Source: Lachnospiraceae bacterium
GTDB lineage: Bacteria > Bacillota > Clostridia > Lachnospirales > Lachnospiraceae
DNA: 60,889 nt
Direction: 5' to 3'
Assembly: GCA_024403335.1 (NCBI GenBank)
Contig: JAKSSA010000008.1
Coordinates: forward strand, 1 to 60,889
The position numbers and the translations under genes are program-made. Under the pieces are notes generated by a model. It saw only the letters and a list, made by a program, of their open reading frames with translations. It had not been told where the DNA came from and ran no database searches. Positions 30,998-40,793 of the stretch are shown here, one piece after another (the first letter of the stretch is position 1; each line of letters opens with the position of its first letter).

Positions 30998-31021
30998 TAA
31001 ACACGTAACCAGGAGGAAATC

Positions 31022-32194
31022 ATGGCAGTTCAGAATGAGTTAGTTATGTCATTGCCGGTAGGTAAGCTCGGAATCATTGCTTTGCAGGGAAGCAAAGGTA
31101 TTGCAGACAAAGTTAATGACTACATCGTTAAGTGGAGAAACGAGCGTGATACTGAGAACAACGAAATCCACTTCGAGGGTTATAAGAAGGATTCTTATTT
31201 AATCGAAGCAAATTGTCCTCGTTTCGGCACAGGAGAAGCAAAAGGTGTTATCAAAGAATCAGTTCGTGGTGATGACCTTTATATCCTTTGTGATGTTTGT
31301 AATTACAGCATCACTTACACCGTTTGCGGTATGGAAAATCACATGTCTCCTGACGACCATTTCCAGGATTTAAAGAGAGTCATCGCGGCAGTTGGTGGAA
31401 AGGCTAAGAAAATCACAGTAATTATGCCATTCCTTTATGAAGGAAGACAGCATAAGAGAAGTGCAAGAGAATCTCTTGACTGCGCAAGTGCTTTACAGGA
31501 GCTTGTAAACATGGGCGTTGACAGCATTATTACCTTTGATGCTCATGATCCCCGCGTTCAAAATGCTATTCCTCTTGCAACCTTTGAAACAGTACCTTCA
31601 ACTTATCAGTTCATTAAGGCAATTGCAAAGAATGTTCCTGATTTAAAGGTAAGCGCAGATAATCTTATTGTTGTAAGCCCTGATATCGGTGCTATGGGAC
31701 GTGCAGTTTATTTTGCAAACGTTCTTGGTGTTGATGTAGGTATGTTCTATAAGAGACGCGATTATACCCGCATTGTTGACGGAAAGAATCCTATCGTTGC
31801 TCATGAATATTTAGGTTCAGATCTTTCAGGAAAAGATGCCATCATCATCGATGACATGATTTCTTCAGGCGACAGTATGCTTGAAGTTGCCAGAGAATTA
31901 AAGAAGAGAAATGCCGGAAGAATTTTCGTTTGCGCAACCTTCGGTCTTTTCACAAACGGACTCAAGAAATTCGACGAAGCTTGTGAAAGCGGATTAATTG
32001 ATAAGGTTGTAACAACAAACTTGATTTATCAGACTCCTGAACTTCTTGAAAGACCTTACTATATCAATGCAGATTTAAGTAAATACATTGCACTCTTAAT
32101 TGACTCTCTTAACCACGATCAGTCAATCAGTGAATACTTAAATCCTACTGAAAGAATTCAGAAAATTCTCAGCAAAGTTAATTCAGATAACTAA
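31022..32194 (+). CDS. prs: ribose-phosphate pyrophosphokinase (long, about 390-aa form)
   Basis: PRPP-binding loop IIIDDMISSGDSM. Type-I phosphoribosyltransferase fold spacing. Confidence 0.65.
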   Translation: MAVQNELVMSLPVGKLGIIALQGSKGIADKVNDYIVKWRNERDTENNEIHFEGYKKDSYLIEANCPRFGTGEAKGVIKESVRGDDLYILCDVCNYSITYTVCGMENHMSPDDHFQDLKRVIAAVGGKAKKITVIMPFLYEGRQHKRSARESLDCASALQELVNMGVDSIITFDAHDPRVQNAIPLATFETVPSTYQFIKAIAKNVPDLKVSADNLIVVSPDIGAMGRAVYFANVLGVDVGMFYKRRDYTRIVDGKNPIVAHEYLGSDLSGKDAIIIDDMISSGDSMLEVARELKKRNAGRIFVCATFGLFTNGLKKFDEACESGLIDKVVTTNLIYQTPELLERPYYINADLSKYIALLIDSLNHDQSISEYLNPTERIQKILSKVNSDN

Positions 32195-32254
32195 CTCAAT
32201 TCTTATTTCTGAAATGCAAATTAGAAATATAAATCTGAAATATAGATAAAAGAA

Positions 32255-32290
32255 AAATTAAAGCCGGCATCTGCCGGCTTTGTTGTTTTA
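32255..32290. terminator. bidirectional terminator between prs and murA
   Basis: AAGCCGGCA / TGCCGGCTT perfect stem (32261-32280). A-rich upstream and T-rich downstream. Confidence 0.65.
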
Positions 32291-32320
32291 ATTGTATATA
32301 TAATTAAAATTGTTATTACA

Positions 32321-32450
32321 ATTTGCTAATCGCTACTTACTATTATTAACAGCTCATTGCTACTTATCATTGTTAATAGCTTATTGCTACCTATCATTAT
32401 TAATAACTTATTGCTACTTGCTATTATTTATAGCTTATTATTATTTGCTA
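32321..32450. repeat. 27-bp degenerate tandem repeat (about 4.5 copies) abutting and overlapping the murA stop codon
   Basis: ttgctacttatcattgttaatagcttat / tgctacctatcattattaataacttat / tgctacttgctattatttatagcttat ... The murA stop is at 32448-32450. Confidence 0.65.
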
Positions 32451-33743
32451 AATAATATTCTTCTCTTCTAAGGAATCATCATCATCAGGAATATCAACAA
32501 GTGAAATATCTCCACCTAAGGCTTTGAGTTTACCTGCAAGATTCTCATATCCTCTTTCAATAAACTCAATGTTATCAATAGTAGTCGTTCCTTCTGCCAT
32601 CAAGCCTGCTATAACCAATGCAGCTCCCGCTCTCATGTCAGTAGTATTCACTCTTGCGCCTTTAAGTTTAGGAACACCTGTTACAACTGCAAGATTATTA
32701 TCAACAACAATTGATGCTCCCATTCTTTCAAACTCGTTAACATATCCAAAGCGTCTGTCATACAAAGTCTCTTTGATATAGCCAACACCTGTTGAAGTTG
32801 CAAGCAATGCACAAATCTGAGATTGCATATCTGTCGGGAAACCCGGATACGGCAAAGTAGTTATGTGCACAGGTTTCGGGCGTGAGTTAGATGAAACTCT
32901 TACGGATTCATCTCCCGTCTCAATATTAACTCCCATTTCAGAGAGCTTTGCAGCTATTGCTTCTAAGTGCTTAGGAATAATGCCTCTTAAAGTTACATCT
33001 CCTTTTGTGGCAGCAGCAGCAATCATCATTGTTCCTGCTTCTATCTGATCAGGAATAATGGAATATGTTGAAGAATGCAGACTCTGCACTCCATAAATAC
33101 GAATATAATCTGTTCCTGCGCCTTTAATCTTTGCACCACAGGAATTAAGGAAATTAGCGACATCAACTACATGTGGTTCTTTAGCTGCATTCTCAATAGT
33201 TGTCGTACCATATGCCAATACTGCCGCAAGCATAATGTTAATGGTTGCACCAACACTTACTTTGTCAAGATATATAGCGCTGCCGGTCAGGCGTCTTGCC
33301 GTAGCTTTTATGCTTCCGCCATCAATATCACAATTAGCCCCCAGTGCTCTCATACCTTTTAAATGAAGGTCAATAGGTCTGTTTCCGATATTACATCCAC
33401 CCGGCATTAATACACTGGCTTCCTTGAAACGACCAAGCATTGCACCAACAAGATAGTATGAGCCTCTCATCAAACGAAGTTCATCATTGTCGACTTTTTT
33501 ATATTTAAATTTTGAAGCATCAATCTTTACTGCATGCTTATCCTGATACTCAACCTTAACACCAATATCCTTCAAGACATCAAGAAGAATCTGCACATCA
33601 CGAATATCAGGCATGTTATAAAGAATGACAGGTTCCGGAACCATTGTTGCGGCTGCAATAATACCAAGTGCAGCATTCTTTGCTCCACCAATGGTAACAT
33701 CGCCCTTCAACGGATTTCCACCATTAATAATAAACTGCTTCAT
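32448..33743 (-). CDS. murA: UDP-N-acetylglucosamine 1-carboxyvinyltransferase
   Basis: MKQFIINGGNPLKGDVTIGGAKNAAL is the canonical MurA N-terminus. 431 aa with an acidic C-terminal tail. Confidence 0.9.
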   Translation of the reverse strand: MKQFIINGGNPLKGDVTIGGAKNAALGIIAAATMVPEPVILYNMPDIRDVQILLDVLKDIGVKVEYQDKHAVKIDASKFKYKKVDNDELRLMRGSYYLVGAMLGRFKEASVLMPGGCNIGNRPIDLHLKGMRALGANCDIDGGSIKATARRLTGSAIYLDKVSVGATINIMLAAVLAYGTTTIENAAKEPHVVDVANFLNSCGAKIKGAGTDYIRIYGVQSLHSSTYSIIPDQIEAGTMMIAAAATKGDVTLRGIIPKHLEAIAAKLSEMGVNIETGDESVRVSSNSRPKPVHITTLPYPGFPTDMQSQICALLATSTGVGYIKETLYDRRFGYVNEFERMGASIVVDNNLAVVTGVPKLKGARVNTTDMRAGAALVIAGLMAEGTTTIDNIEFIERGYENLAGKLKALGGDISLVDIPDDDDSLEEKNII

Positions 33744-33979
33744 ACGCCCTCAAACAGCAATATTTGAGACACTAAAAAAAGAACATGCCTCACCGCATTT
33801 ATAAATTATACAAATTTTAAGTGTTTTTGTAAAGAAGAACATATTTTCTTACAAAAGCAATTTTTAAGTACAATTTTTAAGTGCCATGGATGTTCTTTTA
33901 ATATATTTATCAAATTTTCTTTATCGCGAAACCATTAATTTCATGCACTTCTGTATGGTGGCAATATTTTAAAACAGTC

Positions 33980-34825
33980 TTATTTTTTTAGTGCTATTGC
34001 AAGTCTCTCAAAATCTGCCAAGGTAAGCTTCTCTCCCCTGACATCTTCATTAAATCCGATTTCCTTTACAGCTTCTGATAAAACCTCTTTGGGAAATGAT
34101 AAATCTGCAAAATTACTCAAAGCATTAACCAAAGTCTTTCTTCTCTGAAGAAAAGCACCCTTTATTAACTTAAACAGAAACTCATCCTTTTCTCTTCCAT
34201 TTAAATCAAGTCTTACTACCGCTGAAGAAACATTAGGGCGTGGCATAAAGCAGTTCATGGGAACATTAGCAACAAGATACGGCACCGAATAATATGCTAT
34301 TGCAAGAGTCAGTGCCCCATAATCCTTAGTTGCTTCCTTAGCGCACATTCTTTGTGCAACCTCTGCCTGAATCATCATTGTAATCGATTCAATAGGAAGT
34401 GAGTCCTCAAGCAGTTTCATAACTATCGGTGTTGTTATGTAATATGGCAAATTAGCCACTACCTTGAATTTTTTACCTGCATTTTCTTCAGAAAGCTTGG
34501 CAAAATCTACCTTCAAGACATCCTCATTGATAATTTCCACATTATCATACTCCGATAATGTATCATTTTTAAGTATTGGAATTAAAGACGAATCAATTTC
34601 TATGGCGATTACCTTTCCGGCATTCTCGCACAAATACTGAGTCAGGGTTCCTATTCCAGGTCCGATTTCTATTACAACATCGTCCTTGGTAAGATTGGCT
34701 GCTCTGACTATTTTATCAAGAACATGCGTATCTATAAGGAAGTTCTGCCCAAACTTCTTCTTAAAATTGATATCGTATCTTTTCAATACTTCTATAGTGT
34801 TTTGAGGATTTCCAAGGTAAGCCAT
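33980..34825 (-). CDS. rsmA: 16S rRNA (adenine1518/1519-N6)-dimethyltransferase
   Basis: KKFGQNFLID and VIEIGPGIGTLT (SAM-binding) are KsgA/RsmA signatures. Confidence 0.85.
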   Translation of the reverse strand: MAYLGNPQNTIEVLKRYDINFKKKFGQNFLIDTHVLDKIVRAANLTKDDVVIEIGPGIGTLTQYLCENAGKVIAIEIDSSLIPILKNDTLSEYDNVEIINEDVLKVDFAKLSEENAGKKFKVVANLPYYITTPIVMKLLEDSLPIESITMMIQAEVAQRMCAKEATKDYGALTLAIAYYSVPYLVANVPMNCFMPRPNVSSAVVRLDLNGREKDEFLFKLIKGAFLQRRKTLVNALSNFADLSFPKEVLSEAVKEIGFNEDVRGEKLTLADFERLAIALKK

Positions 34826-34971
34826 TCTTTCTCCGGATATTATTAATTATTGCAAACAACATTCTACAGTCTACTATAACCCACTATAGTCTGCTATTGA
34901 CCATTATTACATATATTATGTACTATCACATATAATAACTATTTTCATATACAATAGTCATTGTTTGATAT

Positions 34972-35610
34972 TTATTTATCATCAACTACATCAACTTTAC
35001 TTTCTACATCAACTTCTACTGAAGCATCGCAGTTCTCTTCCTTGCAACTCTTCTCTTCTGTGCAAGCTTCTTCTTTTTCATCAACATCTTCCTGCTCTTC
35101 TTCAAAGAATTCATAATAAGCACCAGACTTAAAGGGCTTTTCAGGTAATTTTGTGCCACATTCAGTACAATAAACAGCAGTTATGCTATTCTGCTTATTG
35201 CAGTTAGGACAAACAGCAAAAGAAAGAATTGATCCTTCTGGCACCTTTTCACCACACTTAGGGCAGAATTTCGCATCTTTATCAACTAAGCGACGGCAGG
35301 AAGGGCATATTCTTACTCTTGAAGCGATTTTGTCAGCTAAATCTGAAACAGTTCTTTCAATTGCATCCACAGAGCTTTCAACCTTTGACTTAAAAGCGCT
35401 CTTCTGTGTTTCTCTTTGTGCCTTTTCTTCGGCTTCTTTGCGTAAACGTTCTTCTTCTTCCCTGCGAGCCTGTTCTTCCTTGCCACTCATCTTGTTAAAT
35501 CCTTCCTTAACCTGATTTGTAACATTGTTCATTGTATTTCCTACAGTTTTCCCAATTTCTTCAAAATTCTTCTTCATTTTTTTCTTAAATGCTTCATCAA
35601 AAATATTCAT
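34972..35610 (-). CDS. double zinc-ribbon protein with N-terminal coiled coil and acidic C-terminal tail
   Basis: Two CxxC...CxxC ribbons (CPSCRR...CPKCG and CPNCNK...CTECG). Charged coiled-coil N-terminus. Confidence 0.5.
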   Translation of the reverse strand: MNIFDEAFKKKMKKNFEEIGKTVGNTMNNVTNQVKEGFNKMSGKEEQARREEEERLRKEAEEKAQRETQKSAFKSKVESSVDAIERTVSDLADKIASRVRICPSCRRLVDKDAKFCPKCGEKVPEGSILSFAVCPNCNKQNSITAVYCTECGTKLPEKPFKSGAYYEFFEEEQEDVDEKEEACTEEKSCKEENCDASVEVDVESKVDVVDDK

Positions 35611-35620
35611 ATCATACCTC

Positions 35621-37060
35621 CTACTCTTTTCTAAGTTTGCCCTTAGGTAAAATGATTTTAAAAGAGCTTCCCTTAGTAAATTGTGATTTTACTTCTATTG
35701 AACCGCCATGTGAAAAGATTATTATCTGCGCAATTGATAATCCCAATCCATGACCTTCAATCTGTCTTCCTCTTACATCATCCGACCGGTAAAAACGTCC
35801 GAATATGTGCTCGACATCTTCCTGCTTCATACCTATTCCGTTATCAGCTACCTCTATAACACATGTGCCATGGCTGTTAATACATGATATTTTGATAACT
35901 CCACCGTCTTCTGTATATTTTATAGCATTGTCTACAAATACTCTTACCGCCTGTTTTAAGGTCTGAGGATCTCCATAAACAACGATCGGATCTATTTTTT
36001 CTGCTTTTATTTCCCTGTTGGACACTGTCATCTGGAATTCCTTAACAAGTTCCTCGATAACCTCGTCCATTGAAAACCTGTTCTTCTTAAGCTGCATTGT
36101 TCTTCTGTCATATCGTGACAAAACAAGAAGTTTATTGACAAGCTCATTCATTGAGGCAGCTTCCTTATCAATTGCATCTATTGATTCCTTCAATACTTCC
36201 GGATCTTCTGCACCCCAGCGCTTTAGCATGTCGATATAGCCTCTGAAAACAGCAATAGGGGTTCGCAGCTCATGTGATGCATTGGAAATAAAAGTCTTTT
36301 GGTTCTCATATGCAAGCCATAGCCTGTCTATCATTTTATGATATGCATCGACAAAGTCACGCAGCTCATTATTGGCCTCTATCTCCGTTACTCTGCCTTT
36401 ACTTACATTATTCAAATCAAGCTGCGCTGCTTTTTGTGTAACTTCGTTCAAAGGTGACAACAAGGTCTTTAATTTTGGTATAGAACGAAGCATTATCAAA
36501 ATCACCAGCCCTATAGTTATACAGAGCATTATTTTCATAAAAGAATTCATCCTGTAAAGGCCATTTGACATATCAAAGAAAATAACGGTGTAATAATTCT
36601 CTGTTCCAATCGCAACTCTCAAATCACTTTTTATAAAGAAAAGAAAACGTCCGCCTGTTCTTTTCATATAATATCTTGAAAATACATAATTAAGACTTTG
36701 TTCATTTTCTTTTATACGGTCATATTTGTAAACAATTTCGTCATTTGACCATAAGCTGTTTAAAACTGTAGTACTTTTCAAAACATAAAAGGAAACATTA
36801 TTAAATTGGTTGGCCTCCATGACATATTCTAATTCATTTACCGATTCATAGTGTTTGTCCTCTAAAAGCTTCACCAAATCCCTTGTTTCAAGCTTTTCAG
36901 TTCCAAAATAAACCACTACTGTCAGAAAGAAAAATGCTATTCCATACAAAATAAACAGCTTCAGGTAAATCCATGAAATTGTGAAATATAACGATATTCT
37001 CAGTTCTTTAAGCTTTTGCTTCAAATAACTGTATGAAATTTTAGTCTGTGGTTTTTCCAA
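35621..37060 (-). CDS. sensor histidine kinase (2 TM, periplasmic loop, HisKA + HATPase_c)
   Basis: H-box FISNASHELRTPIAV and the N/G1/G2 boxes (DNGIGM...GHGLGLSIA). It overlaps the upstream response regulator stop. Confidence 0.8.
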   Translation of the reverse strand: MEKPQTKISYSYLKQKLKELRISLYFTISWIYLKLFILYGIAFFFLTVVVYFGTEKLETRDLVKLLEDKHYESVNELEYVMEANQFNNVSFYVLKSTTVLNSLWSNDEIVYKYDRIKENEQSLNYVFSRYYMKRTGGRFLFFIKSDLRVAIGTENYYTVIFFDMSNGLYRMNSFMKIMLCITIGLVILIMLRSIPKLKTLLSPLNEVTQKAAQLDLNNVSKGRVTEIEANNELRDFVDAYHKMIDRLWLAYENQKTFISNASHELRTPIAVFRGYIDMLKRWGAEDPEVLKESIDAIDKEAASMNELVNKLLVLSRYDRRTMQLKKNRFSMDEVIEELVKEFQMTVSNREIKAEKIDPIVVYGDPQTLKQAVRVFVDNAIKYTEDGGVIKISCINSHGTCVIEVADNGIGMKQEDVEHIFGRFYRSDDVRGRQIEGHGLGLSIAQIIIFSHGGSIEVKSQFTKGSSFKIILPKGKLRKE

Positions 37061-37061
37061 T

Positions 37062-37748
37062 TTATTCTTCTCTCACAAGATAACCAACTCCGCGTACGGT
37101 TTCAATTATCTGAATATTATATTTTAATTCAACCTTCTGACGAATATAACGAATATATACATCAACTATATTCGTTTCGCCCACATAATCATACTTCCAC
37201 ACCTTCTTCATCAGTTCATCGCGTGTGTGAACAACATTTTTGTTCTGAAGAAGGAACTCAAGAAGTTCAAATTCTTTCTTTGTAAGCTGAATCTCTTCGC
37301 CATTATAGTAAACATTTCTTGTTGCGAGATTCATCTCAAGTCCTTTATAGCTTAAGCTTCCTGTATCAGACTTGTCACTCTTACCAGACTTTCTTCTGTT
37401 AAATACCATCTTAATTCTTGCAAGCAGTTCATCTGTGGAAAAAGGCTTGGTCATGTAATCATCTACACCAAGCTCAAGTCCTCTTACCTTGTCAGCAACT
37501 TCACCTAAAGCTGTAAGCATGATAATCGGTACTTCTGATTTTTTTCTGATTTCGCTACATACATCCATACCATTCATCAAAGGAAGCATAACATCAAGCA
37601 AAATCATGTCACAGTCATTACTAACTGCCTTTTCCAAACCGCTTTTTCCATCAAATGCGGTCATTACCTCATATCCTTCATGTTTAAGCTCAAGTTCAAG
37701 ATATCTTGAGATTTTTGTATCATCTTCGACTATTAAAATTTTACTCAT
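37062..37748 (-). CDS. OmpR-family response regulator
   Basis: Receiver domain (MSKILIVEDD...DMILLDVMLP) and a winged-helix C-terminus (RNVYYNGEEIQLTKKEFELLEFL). Start chosen at ATG MSKIL (37748) with RBS GAAAGG. The track start at 37772 is a TTG. Confidence 0.85.
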   Translation of the reverse strand: MSKILIVEDDTKISRYLELELKHEGYEVMTAFDGKSGLEKAVSNDCDMILLDVMLPLMNGMDVCSEIRKKSEVPIIMLTALGEVADKVRGLELGVDDYMTKPFSTDELLARIKMVFNRRKSGKSDKSDTGSLSYKGLEMNLATRNVYYNGEEIQLTKKEFELLEFLLQNKNVVHTRDELMKKVWKYDYVGETNIVDVYIRYIRQKVELKYNIQIIETVRGVGYLVREE

Positions 37749-37876
37749 AACAAAACCTTTCTGCTTTATCAATTACGTTGACATTCTAACACAATTCATC
37801 AAATATGAAAATAGAAGGAGGCAATTTATAATTTGTTTCTAATAATCTTCATCTTGAACTTATTTTTTTAAGTTAA

Positions 37877-38052
37877 ATCCACTGTTTTTTAAGATTAGTA
37901 CACAGTTTCAAGATTATTTCATAGTTTTAAGATTAATTCACTGTTTTAAAATTAATTTACAGTTTTAAGATCGATTTAAAGTTTTAAGATCAAAATAATA
38001 TTTTTAAATCAATTCACAGTTTTAAGATTGATTCACAATTTTAAGATTAATA
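37877..38052. repeat. array of 9 direct repeats with 19-bp period (core AGTTTTAAGATT) upstream of the two-component operon
   Basis: Cores at 37886, 37905, 37923, 37943, 37961, 37980, a degenerate copy near 38000, then 38018 and 38037. Spacing is a constant 19 bp. Confidence 0.75.
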
Positions 38053-38098
38053 CATTTTTCTGATAAATTTACAATTGTTTTTACAATTAAATTTACAC

Positions 38099-38133
38099 TA
38101 AAAAAGAGGATACATAAATTGATATGTACCCTC
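38099..38133 (-). terminator. rho-independent terminator of tkt
   Basis: GAGGATACAT / ATGTACCCTC stem. A-run at 38100-38105 gives a U-tract on the minus transcript. Confidence 0.55.
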
Positions 38134-38175
38134 TCTGTGCTTACTATTTTATTAATTAGGAAAAACTTTAAATAA

Positions 38176-40158
38176 TTAGAACAAGCTCTTAACAGTTTCA
38201 ACAACATTTGCTGTTGTAAAGCCGTACTTCTCAAATAAAAGGTTCTGAGGAGCACTTGCACCAAAGCCATGCATTGAAATGATCTTTCCATCAAAGCCAA
38301 CATACTTGTCCCAACCGAAATCGATAAGTGCTTCAACTGCAACTCTCTTGCGGATTGACTTAGGCAATACGCTTGATTTGTATTCTTCAGACTGTGCTTC
38401 GAATACATCCATTGAAGGCATTGATACAACTCTTACATCGATATCCTGCTCAGCAAGAATAGCCTTTGCTTCAACAGCAAGCTTAACTTCTGAACCTGTT
38501 GCAATAATGATTGCATCAGGAGTTGCCTTCTTAGAATCTTCAAGAATATAACCACCCTTTAATGCTTCCTTTGAAGAACCTGCAAGCTGAGGAAGATTCT
38601 GTCTTGAAAGAACCAAAGCGGTAGGTGTCTTCTGTGAAGTAATAGCTGAATACCATGCTGCGATTGTTTCTGTTGCATCTGCAGGACGGAATACATTGAA
38701 GTTAGGCATTGCACGAAGCATTGCAAGCTGTTCAATAGGTTCATGGGTAGGACCATCCTCACCAACACCGATACTGTCATGTGACAATACGTACATTGTA
38801 GGGATGTTCATAATTGATGACAATCTTGCCATAGGCTTAACATAATCACTGAATACAAAGAAGGTTGAGCAGAAAGCACGAAGTCCATGCAAGGTCAAAC
38901 CATTTGCGATAGCTGTCATTGCAAGCTCTCTTACACCATAGTGGAGATTTCTTCCTACATATTCGCCCTTGTTGAAATCAGGTTCGCCCTTCATATAGGT
39001 CTTTGTTGAAGGATGAAGGTCTGCTGCACCACCGATAAATCCGGGAACCTTATCCTTAATTCTGTTTACAACAATACCTGATAGATTTCTTGTTGCTTCA
39101 GGCTTATCTTCATATGCCCAGAAATCAGCATCATCAATCAAAGGAAGTGCGATATCTTTATTAAATTCATCATCCCAAGCCTGCTTCATCTCAGGATACT
39201 TAGCGCAATATTCTGCAAACATCTTGTTCCAAGCATCTTCATAAGCCTGATTGCCATCAGCAATTGCCTTATAATTAGCATATACTTCATCAGGAACAAA
39301 GAAAGGTTCCATTGAAGGCCAACCGAGATTTTCCTTCATAGCGATTACATTTTCATCGCCCAAAGGTTCTCCATGAGCCTTAGCTGTACCCTGCTTTGCA
39401 GGACAACCATAACCGATCTGTGTATGAACAATAATAACTGAAGGTCTTGTCAAATCAGCCTTTGCTTCATCAATAGCCTTACCGATTGCTTCTAAGTCAT
39501 TTCCGTCTGCAACTTCAAGAGTCTGGAAATTATAAGCTTCCATACGCTTCTTAACATCTTCTGTGAAAGCGATATCTGTCTTACCTTCAATTGTAATGTT
39601 GTTTGAGTCGTAAATAACAATAAGCTTTCCAAGTCCTAAAGTGCCAGCAAGAGAAAATGCTTCATGGCTGATACCTTCCATCATACATCCGTCACCACCA
39701 AGAACATATGTAAAATGATCAACTACAGGGAAGCCTTCCTTATTAAACTTAGCAGCCAAATGTGCTTCTGCCATAGCCATACCAACAGCCATACCCATAC
39801 CTGCACCAAGGGGTCCTGTTGTAGCTTCAACTCCTCTTGTGTGGCCATATTCAGGATGACCAGGTGTCTTAGAATCAAGCTGTCTGAACTGCATTAAATC
39901 TTCTTTTGTAAGTCCATATCCAAAAAGGTGAAGAAGTGAGTAAAGCAACATTGAGCCATGTCCGCCTGAAAGGATAAAACGATCTCTGTCTGCCCAATCG
40001 GGATTCTTCGGGTTATGACGAAGCTTCTTTGCCCAAAGCTCATATGCAACTGCCGCGCATCCCAAAGGAAGTCCGGGATGACCTGATTTAGCCTTCTGAA
40101 TTCCGTCTGCTGAAAGAACTCGGATAGCATTTACACTCATTGTGTCGATATTACTCAT
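38176..40158 (-). CDS. tkt: transketolase
   Basis: 660 aa. SGHPG (TPP-binding N-terminus), GDGCMMEG, and length are typical of Tkt. Confidence 0.9.
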   Translation of the reverse strand: MSNIDTMSVNAIRVLSADGIQKAKSGHPGLPLGCAAVAYELWAKKLRHNPKNPDWADRDRFILSGGHGSMLLYSLLHLFGYGLTKEDLMQFRQLDSKTPGHPEYGHTRGVEATTGPLGAGMGMAVGMAMAEAHLAAKFNKEGFPVVDHFTYVLGGDGCMMEGISHEAFSLAGTLGLGKLIVIYDSNNITIEGKTDIAFTEDVKKRMEAYNFQTLEVADGNDLEAIGKAIDEAKADLTRPSVIIVHTQIGYGCPAKQGTAKAHGEPLGDENVIAMKENLGWPSMEPFFVPDEVYANYKAIADGNQAYEDAWNKMFAEYCAKYPEMKQAWDDEFNKDIALPLIDDADFWAYEDKPEATRNLSGIVVNRIKDKVPGFIGGAADLHPSTKTYMKGEPDFNKGEYVGRNLHYGVRELAMTAIANGLTLHGLRAFCSTFFVFSDYVKPMARLSSIMNIPTMYVLSHDSIGVGEDGPTHEPIEQLAMLRAMPNFNVFRPADATETIAAWYSAITSQKTPTALVLSRQNLPQLAGSSKEALKGGYILEDSKKATPDAIIIATGSEVKLAVEAKAILAEQDIDVRVVSMPSMDVFEAQSEEYKSSVLPKSIRKRVAVEALIDFGWDKYVGFDGKIISMHGFGASAPQNLLFEKYGFTTANVVETVKSLF

Positions 40159-40344
40159 AAATATTCCTCCTAAATAAAATCATAGAAAAAATGGTTTTGT
40201 TTCCGCAACCATGAGTAATTATACAATATTATTTAACCATTATCAAATCAAATTCAACGGTTATAACAATTACTTTAATTAATATATGCCGATTATTGCG
40301 GGCTTTTTTCATTTCATATCATATTTTGCGATTCATTCCCTGCT

Positions 40345-40520
40345 CTTATCTTTATAACTTCTTATAGCAGAAATGATTTTTATCTTTATAATAGAATTAT
40401 TCTTATTTTAATAATAAAAATGTTCTTATTTATGATAAAAATATTCTTATCTATATGACAGGAATATTCTTATTTTAATTTTTATAATAGAAATATCTTT
40501 AACCTCATAATAGAAATAAT
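40345..40520. repeat. phased AT-rich repeats (about 21-22 bp period; recurring TTCTTAT and ATAATAGAA motifs)
   Basis: TTCTTAT at about 40363, 40401, 40423, 40444 and 40466. ATAATAGAA at 40389, 40486 and 40507. Confidence 0.55.
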
Positions 40521-40574
40521 CGCTGAAATCAATTTTTTAAATCTTTTAAAAAATTACACGAATATACTATTGCA

Positions 40575-40698
40575 AAATGTATAGGAATTTGTTACAATTT
40601 CAGTGCTTTGAAAAAAGCATACTCCTTACTGTGCTAAGCACAGACATTACCTTACTTCATGGAAAAGGATTGACACCCAGTCCTTTTCTATTTTTTTT
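40575..40698 (+). ncRNA. candidate small RNA or transcribed leader ending in an intrinsic terminator
   Basis: Perfect palindrome CTGTGCT-a-AGCACAG (40629-40643). Terminator stem GAAAAGGA (40662-40669) / TCCTTTTC (40681-40688) followed by T8 (40691-40698). No convincing RBS-led ORF here; the 78-aa track ORF lacks an SD. Confidence 0.3.
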
Positions 40699-40793
40699 GC
40701 AAAAAATTCTTACAATTTGTTTTCTTTGCCACGCATTTTCCTTTGTATTCATGCTTTTTCAGCATTCCTTACTATTTTATTCAGGCAGGCACT

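Noticed and set aside
37877-38052. Possible CRISPR array (regular 19-bp direct repeats)
   Set aside because: Repeats are contiguous with no unique spacers. They are AT-rich and degenerate, with no cas genes or leader nearby. This is a tandem repeat or binding-site array.
37773-38175. Plasmid/phage iteron origin suggested by the 19-bp direct repeats
   Set aside because: There is no rep, par or integrase gene anywhere in the window. The flanks are core metabolic genes (tkt) and a chromosomal two-component system.
38022-38429. 135-aa minus-strand ORF overlapping the tkt 3' end and the repeat array
   Set aside because: It overlaps the tkt coding end in another frame and runs through the terminator and repeats. 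Spurious.
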